A DNA stretch of 64,000 nucleotides from Octopus vulgaris (taxonomy: Eukaryota), in contig OX597814.1 in the NCBI GenBank assembly GCA_951406725.2, positions 23,374,001 through 23,438,000 of the forward strand, in the 5' to 3' direction. The notes below the pieces were generated by a model that worked only from the letters and a program-made list of their open reading frames with translations, had not been told where the DNA came from and searched no databases. Below, one piece after another: positions 11,876-25,462 of this stretch. How positions within the stretch are numbered: the first letter of the stretch is position 1; the number at the start of each line of letters is the position of its first letter. The translations under genes and the position numbers were made by a program.

Positions 11876-14800
11876 GGTAATATGTACTATATGATTGCTA
11901 ATCATTTTAAATGCCTGTGTTGACACAAAGCAGACACCTTCTCAATCCTCTAACTTTTGATCTAACGTAACTTCTTGGATGTGACAACTGGAGGGGAAAG
12001 AGAACTGCACCATCATCTGCCTGGTACTAGTTATATCTGAGTAGATTGGCACAATAAAAAGATAAAGTACCTTACTGAAAGGTGCTTATTGCTTGGCACA
12101 GGATTGGAACACATGATCTTATAATCATGAGCTGAATATCCTAACTACTTAATCATATGCCTTTATAAAAAAAAATACTAACACTATTGCAATCTGTATT
12201 GTGTCAGATGGAATGGTAGAAATGGTAGACTGTAGTTCTAAATGCATAAAGCTATTTATTTATGTTCCTTTACATTCTGAGGCACAGTCATCAATTGAGA
12301 CTGAACCACATATCTGAAGCATAGTGGATGTCTGCCTTTAGCAACACCAGTTCACTTAACTTTCAGTATATTATATTGATGGTGAAATCAATGTCTGAGA
12401 TGTCTAGTGCATTGATAACTATCACTGCTTTTCTGGCATTAAGTCTGTGTTTTGATATCAGTCTACTGTATTCTGGAATAGTCTGTTTTATTTTAATTTT
12501 CTCTTTCATATCTCTGTTGTATCTTATCAGTTTTATCGATACCTACTTTTATGGCTTGTTCTGTTTTAATTATCAGATTTTGGTGTCTAAATCTGTCTCA
12601 ATGTTGTGAGTTTTAATTAACTTACCTCTTCTAAGGGAAATTTTGGCACATCTGTCTAATCATATATTCATTAGTTGTCTTACCCTACATTTATTGTTGT
12701 TGTTGCTTCTGATATTAGGCACAAGGCCAGAAATTTGGCAGGAGAGGCCTAGTCAGTTACATCATCCCATTACCTGACTGGTAATTTTTTTTCATCAACC
12801 TCGAAAGGAAGTTGATAGAAATTTGACCTCAGCAAAATTTTCCCATCCAAAAACAGCTACTTCACACAATTGTGCTACAAGACTAAATTCTACAAAGGCC
12901 AAAACTAGCACAAAATCAAAACACACAATTGAACATACTAAAAAGAGTGAAGAATTAAAAGAAGAAAATATCTCAAATACCCAAATAAGTAATCTTGAAA
13001 GCAACAATAGTAATAGTAACAACAGCAGTTGTGACTTACACAAATTCAGATGCTGCTGTCCATTCATACAACAGTTGTATTAAGACAGACCTTCTCTTAA
13101 CTTAAGGAATTTTTAGATCTATCACAATCATAAATAAAAAATGTAGGTAGGAAAATTTTGTAAAACTTAACATCATTTCTTTGCCATGGGATCAAATTTA
13201 TGGTCAGGCAAAGAGAAAAATTATAAATATCTGTTTATAAAAAAGAATGGAAAATTTATAGATTTTCTCGCACAGGCTCTCTCTGTTTCTTCAGAGGTTT
13301 TATTGATTAAAAAAAGGCATAGCTGTAGCACTGTTTTTATACTTTTGAAATTGAATATATAACTGAAACATAGCTGAAATTGTCAAATATATCTCTAAAT
13401 ATGCATTTAAGTACCAGTACATGAGTCAAAAATTACAAATGGAACAATAAAAGACATCAGCAGCAACATAAATCCATAGCTAGGTATGACTGTTGTATTG
13501 CAGTATGAGTGAGTGGTCAAAGCAAGGTTGAGAAAAAGTCAGGAGATGTCAAAGTGGATTTGCAAGTCCTAATGATATCCAATGACTACAAAACTGTGTT
13601 GGAACTGTACTTAGTAGGTGCTACAACAAAGTAATACTGGACAGAAAACCTAGCTGCGACTTTTGTTGGGGTAAAACCCTCCTTAGAGTTGAGTACCCTG
13701 AAAAAATTGAAATAATTAACTGAAAAGAAAAAGAAAATTAAATTAAAGAAGATTAACAGCAACACAAAAAGCAAAAAGAATACTTCAACAAACCCCAGCA
13801 TTTAGAGCTTCACCAGCCAAAATTCTCAGGTTAGCAAGGGAAACATCTTTATGCCCAATATTGGGAACAGGAAAAAATGTCTCATCACCGAATAGTGCAA
13901 ATATGTTGTAGCAAATCTTCATCGTCCAGTAAGTAAGAAATAATTTTTACAGATAAAAATTTACAAAGCAATTGGTGAAAATATAAAAGGGAAAACAAAG
14001 AAATTGCAGAAACATAAGACTCAATGTAAAACAACAAAAACAGATGAAGAGGAACAATTTATTTGAAACAACAATAAAATCTCTCCTCCAGAAAATAACA
14101 ATTGACAATGAAGAGAATAAAGCTGAGCTAAGATTCACTATTCTTTGAAAATCAAACAAACAGTTTAGAGACAAATTTATGCATTTGTGGTGCCATCAAC
14201 TTTCTGAAGACATTATAATGAGATAAAAACAGGTTCAGAATATAATTAACAAGTAAAAGATAGATTTCCAATAAAATTAAAACTAAGCTATCACACCAAA
14301 CTTAAAAGTGAATGCCCTCAAGCTCTTGGTATTTCACAACAGCAAATATTTAATAAGTGCTTACTGGTGCATTCATTTTCACTCTAACATAATTTGAGAA
14401 GAAGCTAAATAAACCCAGTCACTGAGTGTACGAACTCAACCTAACTAGTAATCTTTAATTGATATTTCTTTTAATTCTATCTAGTTTTAATCATCCTGCA
14501 TTTTATCAGTCTCTTTTATTTATTCTCATGCAAATATGTATGTATACATGTGTATATATGTATTTATGTATGTGCGTACATATGTGTGTGAGCATGTGCA
14601 TTTGTATGTGTGCATGTGTACCTTTCAAAAGTTTAATACATCCTTCCATATATTGTATAATATTTTTCCTTTTTATTCATGTTATTAAACGTGGTTTTCC
14701 ATACTCTACATTTTCTTCTCTTTGCTGTCTTTCTAAAATCTAATGAAAGTTATGTATTTTTTCTTGTATATATTCAATCCCTAGTGGCTAATAAAGAAAA

Positions 14801-14971
14801 TATTCTTATTATTGGCAGAATTATCAGCACATCAAACAAAATGCTTAGTATTATTTTTTCTGACTGTCATCATTTTGGGGTCAATAAAATAAAGTGGATC
14901 AAAATGCTTAGTGACATTTCATTACAATATAATTGTTATCGTTGTTATTATCATCATCATCATCATCACCA

Positions 14972-15006
<35 letters not shown>

Positions 15007-15417
15007 GAGTGAGAGAGCAGTTCATGCCATCAAAGTGACACTGGGGTAAAATATACGAAGCCCAATATACCCATCATGACTACCCGTCTGATAAAGGTAC
15101 ACCAGGCACATGCATCACAACCATATGTGCGCGACATGGTGATCTCATATCAAGATAAACAGCACATGACCTTGCAGGTGGGGCCCAGTTAGAATTTTCT
15201 TCAGGTTGAGTAGCCCATCCCGCTCAAACGGTCCCTGAATAAGGGTTGTTTAAGGATGTTGAAAGAACCACCCATGTTTCCAGAGGTGAACTATTCAAAC
15301 CCCAAACAATCCCTCTCAGCACATGGCTATGATGCTCCCCACTACTTCTGCTCGTGATCAGAGATGCACATATCGTCAGCCACTAAGGGACATGACTGCC
15401 TGGTACTGCATCAGGGC
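15007..15417 (-). mobile_element. Second copy of the (TAA)n-flanked element, with internal deletion
   Basis: Reverse complement of 7940-8490 lacking about 140 bp near one end; (TTA)n on both sides. Confidence 0.8.
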
Positions 15418-15418
15418 A

Positions 15419-15469
<51 letters not shown>

Positions 15470-15472
<3 letters not shown>

Positions 15473-15640
15473 GGTGGTAAGCTGGCTGTTGCTACATTCT
15501 GAGTTCAAATTCTACCAAGATCGACTTTGTCTTTCATCCTTTCAGGGTTGATAAAATAAGTACCAGCAAAACACTGGAGTTGATGTAATTGACTCATCCC
15601 CTCCCCCAAAATTGCTGGTTTTGTGGCAAAGTTTGAAGCC
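15470..15640 (+). mobile_element. SINE family B, partial
   Basis: ctgagttcaaattc..ctttcatcctttcagggttgataaaataagtaccag. Confidence 0.7.
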
Positions 15641-15982
15641 GTTATGGTTATTATTATTTCCTTGGTCTATGCTTACATGGGTTTCGATGGGTTGTAACAG
15701 TCTGAATCAGTTCTTATTCACAGTTGCTACTCACCTAGATGGTTAGGGAGACCATATTTTAGTAGCACATTTTATTTTTGGCATTTATGGCTAAATGCCC
15801 TTCCTATGGCCAACCATTTTACAGAATGTACTGGATGCATTTTGACATGCTGCCATAATAGTAGATTTTCATTCTGCCTTCTAAAACTGTAATTCTATTC
15901 TCTTGTACTCTTATTTTGATTCTGTTTTGATTTTAGTTTTTTATTAAGAGCTGTACTAAAATTTGGCCAGGTGTGAGAAACA

Positions 15983-16254
15983 CAGGGCTGGATTTATGCA
16001 TAAGCCAATAGGGCTATTTCCTAGGGCCTTCAAAAATGGGTGGCTCCTTTAACTCAGAGAAGCCTAAGGCTTAGAATTAAATCTTAAGGCACAAGCATAG
16101 AGCTGTGTTGTAGGAAGTTTCCTTCCCATTCAGATGATTCTAGGACCAGTCCCACTGTATGACATCTTGGGTAAGTGTCTTCTACTATAGTCCTGGGCTG
16201 ACCAAGGCCTAGTAAGTGGATTTGGTATGGTAAGTGGAAATTGAAAGAAGCCAT

Positions 16255-16289
<35 letters not shown>

Positions 16290-16787
16290 GTTAAAGAACA
16301 GAGTAGATAAGATCCAGGCTACATAGCAATTCTTGGATCACACACACACACACACATATATATATGTGTATATATACACACACATATGTATTTGTGTTCG
16401 TTTCTCACCACCAGTTAACAACCAGTGTTGGTTCGTTTACACCCCACACCCAAATTTAGTGTTTCAGCAAAAGAGACTCATAGAGCAAGTACCAGACCTT
16501 AAAAGAAGTCCCGAGTTCGATTTTTACCCATTAAACCTTTCAAGGTAGTGCCCCAGCATGGCCACAGTCTAATGACTGAAACAAATGAAAGATAAAAGAT
16601 AAAAGATATTATTTACAGCAATCAAATAAATAATTTGTTATTTATATCCTTGTTTAACTGTTTTTTTCTAAATCCAATAGCTTTGAAAACTATTGAGCCC
16701 ACCTTTTATTTATTGGGCCAAAAACATCGTAGAAGCCCCCAAAATTTATTGGCCCAGAATTTTCCACTAGGTGTAAATACGGCCCTG
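15983..16787. mobile_element. hAT-type MITE with nested SINE A (~16095-16607, +)
   Basis: TIR cagggctggatttatgcata / taggtgtaaatacggccctg; 8-bp TSD gagaaaca/gagataca. Confidence 0.75.
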
Positions 16788-17600
16788 GAGATACAAATAT
16801 AATTTAGTGATTGAGTTCAATTAGTTTCTTCTGTATTACAATAACTAAGACTAGAATAAGCGAGAGAAATATTATGACATTCTTGGCAAAATATAATAAT
16901 AGAAGAGAAGATGATTGAGCATTCTTATTAAATTTTTCAAACATTCTCCTTCACTCTTTGCTCTTGTCAATATTGAACCATGATCTTTCTTTTAATCCTT
17001 TTAGTTAACATTTGTAATCCACTTCAATATATTAATCCAGGAGATTTAGCTTTTCAAAATCTTTAGAAGATGTATAAATGTTCTTTATGATTCTTGCCGT
17101 TAATTTAGGTTTACTTATTTTGGTGAGAAATGTTTGCATTTTGTCAATGCTCTCATCTATCTTATCTTCACTACTAATGCTTCCAATTTATTTTCAGTTT
17201 CATTTCATCTATGCTTCTTTCATTCAATCTTGTGTTTCCTTCACTGTTGCATGTATGGTTTCTTCAACTACTATTTCTTTACTAAGCTCCTTTTATTCCA
17301 ACAGTTACAATTTGCTTCTGAAGATTTCGTTTTTTTTTTTTTTAACCTTGCCTTCTTCATTTCTTCTACCATTTCTTTTTATCATTTTAATCAATTTCTT
17401 TACATTTTACTTCACTTCTTGATAAAAAAAAAAAATGCAGTGCCGTTCTAAAAATAGTGCGTGACCAAAAGCTCTTGCATTTGAACGAAGATCTGCTCAC
17501 GACATCTCTGTAGTTTGTAATTAGAATTTTCTTTCTATTCCACAAAGGAGAGAGAAAGTAAAAAATAGAGATCAAGGCAGAGAAAGAGTGAGAGAGAAAA

Positions 17601-17700
17601 ATGACAATATTTTATTTATCTTACATATTTATTTATTCATTTATTTACTTATTTTGTGCTTTGACTTTCTCCAACCCTGCTCTTTTGCTGTCATTCTTTT
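17601..17700 (+). CDS. Candidate first coding exon (MTIFYLSYIFIYSFIYLFCALTFSNPALLLSFF), speculative
   Basis: gaaaATG after a GA-rich leader and a local CpG cluster; ends at GTGAGT (17701), phase 1; however much of it is a TTTA-type tract that is stop-free anyway. Confidence 0.15.
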
Positions 17701-18659
17701 GTGAGTAGAAGCTGTTCTATTAACTTACCACTTGAAAAGGGTGTTTTGATGTAAGGATGAAGACAATCTAACTAGTTTAACCCTTCATATTAATACTACT
17801 TGATTGAAGGCATATTTCTACACAGTGTATTAGGAAGTATGGGACAAATTATAAATTAAAATATATATATATATATATATACACGACAGCGAAACAAAAG
17901 AAAAAAGAAAGAAAATATAAGGTAATATATTCTATTAAATGAAATAAATGAAAATAATTTGGAGTTTGTTTGCCTGTTTTACATACAAATATTTATGTAC
18001 CAAATATTAAGTCATATAAACATATATATATATATATCAATAAATGCTTCCCGTTTTCGTTCTCGTCCTGTTCCACGTCTCTGTCTTTCTGTTGTAAAAA
18101 AAATGGCTTTTCCGTTTTCGTTTCTGTTTTGTTCTACGTCTTTTTGTGGTGTCCTGTATGTATATATATTTATATATGCATGTATATATACATGTAGATG
18201 TAGGTACATACATATATGTTTGTATGTATGCATATATTTTATTTATTACACTAATTATATATATATATATAATGATTGGTTCATCTTGAGAGATGATAAC
18301 TATTCCATCAATATGCACACCTCACCCCAATACTCAGTACAATCATTCCATTGATGAGCCCTTAGATGACTTTTAAGACTAGCTGCTGACTGTCAGGGTT
18401 TAAAACACTAGTAACAGATATTATTTAAGTTTCTTCTATACCTTTGCCCCTTGGAATATGATTCTGAATGAATGGTTTTGTGAACTATCATGTCTTTTAA
18501 GTCCTGATATTGTTTTACTCCTCACTCATATTATTATGGAACCAGGAATTTAACAGCCGTCCTTCCATAGTACTTACATAGCCTTACCTGCCATTTTGGG
18601 TCTTCTGGATACCAAAACCCTTTCTCTCTCTCTCTCTCACATATATTTATTTATTTATT

Positions 18660-18814
18660 TATTTACAAGTAGTTATATGTTCGGTCATAGAGTGACCAAT
18701 AGTTTCGCATTCATACAGCACTAGGCCTTGTAGATGGCTTGTCAGACTTAGTGCTGTATGGATGTGAAACCATTGGTCACTATGACTAGGCATCTATTTA
18801 ACTGCTTGTAAATA
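18660..18814. repeat. Fold-back hairpin containing a degenerate minus-strand hammerhead (18691-18748)
   Basis: Arms ~18660-18723 / 18749-18814; minus strand agt CTGACAA gc..gc GAAAC tattg GTC act. Confidence 0.7.
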
Positions 18815-19930
18815 CTTTACTGCTCTATTCATTATAATGTTTTTCTTTTTGGAATATATGATCCACTGACGATATGTATATATGTGTGTGTGTGTGTGTG
18901 TATCAGCATCATCATCATCATCATCATCATCATTTCATGTCCATTTTCCTTATTTGCATGAGTCAGGAAAAGTTTATTGCAACAGATATTCTATAGGAAG
19001 ATGCCTTTCCTGTCACCAATCCTTACCTGTTCCTCTCACTAGGTAATATTTCCCATGCTCAGACATGTTACCATAGAAGACTGGAAATAATCAATATCAT
19101 TATCAGCATGAGTGCAACTTACAGAACCATGCAGCAATGGACATGAAGATAAAGATAAATACCTAAACCCTTCAATCTTCAGCTTTCACATGTAAATTCT
19201 GATTGATATACTCAAATGCCATAATATTGAAAGACAGCAGGGTAATCCCATTAGTAGGAGAAGTTAGACAGATAAAGAAGGAGAATGAAATAATGCAATT
19301 GAATAAATCAGGTGAGGTTAAGTCAAATTAAGAGATGTTAAAAGTACTTAAAAGAAGTTAAAAGTACAATTTTAAAGCACATTATACTCAAATGCTAAGT
19401 TTTGGTAATAGAAAGATAAGGAAATTTTTGAAACTGGAGAGTGGTGGTTACTTGAGCAATATTTAAGAAACAAATGGGTTAGTTGTTTGTGTTTACTGCA
19501 AGCTTAGTTTTGAAGTATACATTAATAAATATATCGGGAAAGTAATCAAAGTAAAAGAATTTTATATAACTCTGAATAACTGAACCAATCTTGGGATACA
19601 AGCAGTCACATATATCATAGTAGTACATAATACATCTCAAGAAAATATTCTGTTCACATCAGAGGGATGACTTGTAAATTCGTGCCTGTTCTAAACTATC
19701 AAAATATGCTAATGGTACAAAATATAGTTATCAGCTTTCCTAGAACCACCACAATTTAAATAACAATTTCCATCACTAGTATCTACCAAGTGGTGGAAAT
19801 TCCTATATTTAAAGAAGCTTTGGAACATGAAGGAAAATATTTTGAGATTGTTTACTAAAATGGTTTTAAAATTTCCTTATTCTATTACAACTAATATCAA
19901 GAAAAAATTATCCAGCTTGAAAAGATAAAC

Positions 19931-20094
19931 TGCTTTGAATGGAAAACCATTTCACAGTATCGTATTTTCTGCCAGTTTTACATAAAAGCTGTATCTACTT
20001 TTTCTTCTTAGTACAAGAATCTCAGCTTCTCAGTTAATTACAAATAACAGCCCAGTTATGACGAATTTATTTTATGTTACCAAATTAGATCCAC
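19931..20094 (+). repeat. Left arm of long-range inverted repeat
   Basis: 19963-20069 equals the reverse complement of 28870-28976 at 106/107 positions. Confidence 0.95.
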
Positions 20095-21326
20095 CAAAGA
20101 TTTTTTCAATTACTAAATAGCATTCTATAAGATATAATTCAATATTTCTACATTCTAAAGTTTGATTTATAATTATTTTAATAGGATATTCACTTTTTTA
20201 TACAAAAAGATTTATAATACCCCAAACAAGCTTTTTTATTTTAGTATTTATTTTCTGTTTTTGATTATTGATATAATACATATTCTACTAAACATTTATT
20301 TATGATATCCTACATTTGAAGTGAAAACTGGGAAGAGTTTTAGGATGTGATTCTATCTAAAGTAACTGTCATCTATTTTATATTTTTGAAATATTTCATC
20401 CAGATATTATGTCTAATATCTCCACATATTTTTGTTTTTACTTTAACTGCTTATTCTTTCTATTGTACAAAATCTTGTTTTGTCTCTATATGCAAAATTG
20501 TAACAATTTTTCAAGTGCTATTTTTGAATAATTTTAAAAAAATGAAGCTGAAATAGAGCAGAATTCCTGAGTTTGTTCAGTTCCATTATTTATTTGAATT
20601 TTATGTGATAAGCTATAAGTATTTTGTGATACCAACTGGCAGTTAAGAAATTGGGCTGTTGATGGTAAAAGGTCTTCGCTATAGATGTATAGAAAAAGGA
20701 TTTAAAGGGATAAACCCATAGCCAGCAGTCTGATACTCCATTGGCTCATCCACTTACAACTCCCAAACCCACTTACATTAATACTGCCTGATTTTTTTTA
20801 TTCAAGAACATCAGCATTCATAAATTCTCTTTCAACTCACATCCTTCCTAAAGACATTGACTTAAATCTATTTAGACTGAACATCAAATGCATTGATCTC
20901 ATCAGTCTCTAAAGAAGTGCAAGAATAATGGCTATAGTCCATCCCTCCAGATTAAAACTATTGAAAGGTAATGAAATTCAGGAAAGTCTATAGAGACTTA
21001 CATTTAAATTATCCCTTCTAGAATTATCAAAAATCTTAGTCCTGATTACCAAAAACATAAAGTTTAATTTATTGTTTACATAAAAGCTACAGAATTTTCC
21101 AACATTAACATAAAACCGCCAGTTGATACTATAAGATACTTATTGCTTATCACATTTCCAGTGATTCTCATAAAAGAATACAATATTTCATAATCTGTTA
21201 ATTTACCTAAAGTAGATGTGGCTATTGTCTGAATGATCAAAATACATAAATTTGTACATTCCCATATAAAAAATAATTTCAATATGAACCAAGACCTTGA
21301 ATGTTGAAATCAAAATCTATTATACA

Positions 21327-21556
21327 GGTAAAGTAAAAGTTACCTTCTTGAGTTATGCCAACTCATAAGGGCTGGTTTCCTGGTTTTCATGATGTGCAAA
21401 TTCCCCACCTGGATGGGACACTGGTTTGTTGCAGGATTACTCATTTTTGCCAGCTGAGTGGACTGGAGCAATGTGGAATGAAGTGTTTTGCTCAAAAACA
21501 CAACACCTCACCTGGTCTAGGAATCAAAACCAAACTCTTACAATCATGAGTCCACC
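21327..21556 (-). mobile_element. SINE family E (tRNA head, V/Meta-domain-like core)
   Basis: Reverse complement resembles 62503-62769 (cacttcatttcacattgctccagtccactcagctggcaaaaatgagtaa). Confidence 0.75.
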
Positions 21557-22637
21557 CCCACTAAAATTTTTTATATAAGTGATGAGAAATAGTAGACAAA
21601 GTATGATGCAAAATATAAATGTTTTTTTTCTACATTTTGCTTTGTCGTTTGTCCTAGCATAGTTCATACATTGAAACTCATTTGGCTTGGTAGTGCTCAA
21701 CAGATGAATTAAATGCAGAAGATAAAACAGCTAACACACGTATAATGCCAATAATGTATATAAGGTAATAGAACATAGTTTTGTAAAATGTCTCACATTT
21801 GTAGAGAATTCTCTAAAATAGATCAATACAAAATATAACTACATGTTTTATTATAATGCTATTAATGGTGCTATGAAAATAAAGATGATTTAAAGCAAAG
21901 GCCCTTGCCTTACCATACTCAAAACAACAAGTTTGTATTTGAATTAAGAGTTTCTAATTTGTTAAGAGACCCTTATTTCTTTACTTTAGTCTATGCCTAG
22001 TATAAAAATCATGAAATACAATAAGGAACTGTGGATAGACTAGTACATATGATGCTTTCATAACTTACTTTTTCAGTTTTATATAATAACATAACTATAA
22101 CTAAATGTCAAAACATCAGTAAAAGATAGCATCTGGTTTTATAATCAGCTAAAAGGGGATTGAAGGGCCAACAAAAAAGCCAGAAATCCCACAGGAGTTG
22201 ACACTTTGGACCAGTGATGATGATAATGTTGCTGACAATGATGATGATGATGATGATGACAACGGTAAGTTGACTATGTGATACAGTCTGATTATAAGTA
22301 ATATGTTTTCCAGCTGTTTCTATCATCTCTCAAATCTATTGTAAGTTCTAATTCTCTTAAATCCTACATTACTACTTTCTTTTGCTTATCTCTTCACCAG
22401 CTTTCCTTACCTATCTTATTCCCATCGCTCTTCTTCATCCAAACCACAAAATTTATGCTCATCACATGTCTCTATTTAATCCGATTAATATCAAGAGAAA
22501 TATTAGAAAGTTGTCAAATCATTCAGCCTCAGTTAAATGACTTCAATAAGAAATGCCCACTCTCCTTGCACTTTAGATAGATTGTTACCTATTGTTGTTC
22601 TTGTTCTTCTCGTTGTTGTTGTTGTTTTTTGTTGTAG

Positions 22638-22694
22638 ATTCTGTTACATTGAAAAAGAGCGAAGGTTTACAGGATATTTTTAAGAATATACTAT
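22638..22694 (+). CDS. Candidate 57-nt symmetric internal exon (xSVTLKKSEGLQDIFKNIL)
   Basis: Long T-rich tract + gtag acceptor; open in phase 1; donor GTTAGT at 22695 (alternative donor after 22664 gives 27 nt); protein not recognised. Confidence 0.3.
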
Positions 22695-23004
22695 GTTAGT
22701 TTCTTTGACACTATACTGAGTGATAAGTTAGTAAAAAGTCTGGTGTTTTAGTAATCAGTTTTATGTTTAATGGATCTATTAATCAACATTGCATCACAGC
22801 TGATTCTGCATAGCAACTATTAAAAGCCTTCAGCTTTATTCACCTGTTGCATTAGACAGAACAATTTTACATTGCAACTCGACGATTGCTGAAGGGTAAT
22901 AATGTGAATTGTTATTTTATCATCATTGAATTTTTTTCGTCTATTTATTTTTTTAAAGGAATCCATAAATAACCAATTATGTCTAATCCAGTACTGCTTC
23001 ACAC

Positions 23005-23141
23005 ATAATATGTACACATACACACATTCACACACACACAAGCACATACACATACACATATATACATAAAAACATACATATGTACATGTATATATATTTA
23101 ATACATAATAAACATATACATATATAAACATATATATACAT

Positions 23142-23184
<43 letters not shown>

Positions 23185-23320
23185 TAAATGTACATATATA
23201 TATACACATATATATATAAATACATATATGATATATTCAGATATATGGTAAAAAATATATATGTATGTATGTATGTTTGTATGTATATATATATATATAT
23301 ATGCATGTATATATGTGTAC

Positions 23321-23352
<32 letters not shown>

Positions 23353-23445
23353 GTATATATATATATATTTGTATATGTATATATATGTATATATATATGT
23401 ATATATATATAAATGCATATATATATATACACACACACACACACT
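23005..23445. repeat. (TA)/(CA) compound microsatellite
   Basis: Seen directly. Confidence 0.9.
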
Positions 23446-23919
23446 ACCAAATGTTGTTAAAAGAAAGCTGCATATTTATATTTTTTTTTATTTCTTCTTC
23501 TTATAGAAAGTTTCTCTATGTGTTTGTTCAATAGATGGGAATTGACTTTTTCTTAATGTCTTCTGCACATATAAAATAGACTGAAAGACAATAGAGAATC
23601 AGATTGAAATGGGCAGGTAGTAACTACTTGATTATCACAAGCACTACCTCTTTTGCTTCTTATTCATTTGATCCTTCTTCTTTCATTTGAAAGTTAATTG
23701 AAATCTGACACCTTCCAGCTATGCATTAGCGACCAATGGACTTAATGTATTACAACATTGACTTTTGTTTCTTTTTGCCTACCTGCCTGCAGAGTTAGTT
23801 CTTATGCTAAGTAAATGTACACTGGCACACATTACTATGCATCTGCACATATAGAAAGACTGGCATGCATACACACTCATGTGCGCACACAAACACAAGT
23901 CACACTATATAATATGTAC

Positions 23920-23947
23920 ACGTGTGTATGTATATACATATTAGTAG

Positions 23948-23998
<51 letters not shown>

Positions 23999-24108
23999 TA
24001 TTATATATATGTATAACTCTAAATATATAAGTGCATGTATATATTTGTTCATAAATATGAAAATATATGTAAGTATATATAACTTTATGTATATATCTAT
24101 AGAACCTA

Positions 24109-24188
<80 letters not shown>

Positions 24189-24310
24189 TAACATATATAT
24201 GTATCGGTGAATGATGATGGTGAGGGTGATGATATATGTATATATTTATATATATATATATATATGATATGTATATAATATATGTATGATATATATGTAT
24301 ATATGCTTGT
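23920..24310. repeat. (TA)n-rich microsatellite
   Basis: Seen directly. Confidence 0.9.
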
Positions 24311-25049
24311 GTGCATGTGCGTGTTCACAGTAAAAGCAATAGGAAATATATGCTAATCTATAATGAAGAATCAATCAAAAGATTAATTTCACCATAGTTT
24401 CTGCATGATTTTACATTTTGATTTTTGATTTTTATTAATACCAAAAGTTATATTATCTCTATATGCAATTTTTCTTATATCCGTTATACAATAATCAATA
24501 CTTTCTTACAATAATCACAATCCTTACATTACTTTCCAATGAGAAAAATATTCAGAAATTTGACTGAAACTGCTGAAGTAGTTTGATGAATTATCATTTT
24601 TATTTTAGTTTGGATTTTTAATGATTTCTACAGATGATATTTAAGACTGAGGTATTTTTATGATTTTTGTCATCTTCAAAATGGCACTAATCAGTTTGTT
24701 CAAGTACCACATTTGGTAAAGAAATAATTATTGGACTTCTTGCTTATGTATGAGTTCCTTACATTTATTGTGTGTTTAAAATAGGTTCAATCTAGTATGT
24801 ATGTTCCATGTATAGTTTATCCATTAATCCATCCATCCATCCATCCATTTACTCCACCTACTACTCCTGACAGAGTTGTGGGAGTAGAGTCCTTTTCATA
24901 GGGCCCCATTAAAAAGAATCAGGATTTCTGTAGTAGTATCACTTGACAGAGTGTGTAGCTCAGAGATCAAGGAGTCTCAAGAGATCAGGTCAAGCTGTCA
25001 TTTCTCTACATCAAGAGATCACAGCTCAGCTCTAGTACTATAGTCATAT

Positions 25050-25253
25050 TACTCTTTTACTCTTTTACTTGTGTCAGGTATTTGACTGTGCCATGCTGGA
25101 GCATCGCCTTTAGTCGAGCAAATCGACCCCAGGACTTATGCTTTGTAAGCCTAGTACTTATTCTATTGGTCTCTTTTGCTGAACTGCTGAGTTACGGAGA
25201 TGTAAACACACCAGCATCAGTTGTCAAGCAATGTTGGGGGGACAGACACACAA

Positions 25254-25302
<49 letters not shown>

Positions 25303-25462
25303 TATAACAGGCTTCTTTCACTTTCCATCTACCAAATCCACTCACAAGGCTTTGGTCGGCCCGAGGCTATAGTAGAAGACACTTGCCCAAGATGCCACGC
25401 AGTGGGACTGAACCAGGAACCATGTGGTTGGTAAGCAAGCTACTTACCACACAGCCACTCCT
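25050..25462 (-). mobile_element. SINE family A, full length
   Basis: Colinear with 352-764. Confidence 0.85.

Noticed and set aside
18345-18418. ttgatga gccct..agggt taaaac actagta hammerhead-like string
   Set aside because: Both core segments mutated and no stem I complementarity; at best a dead relic
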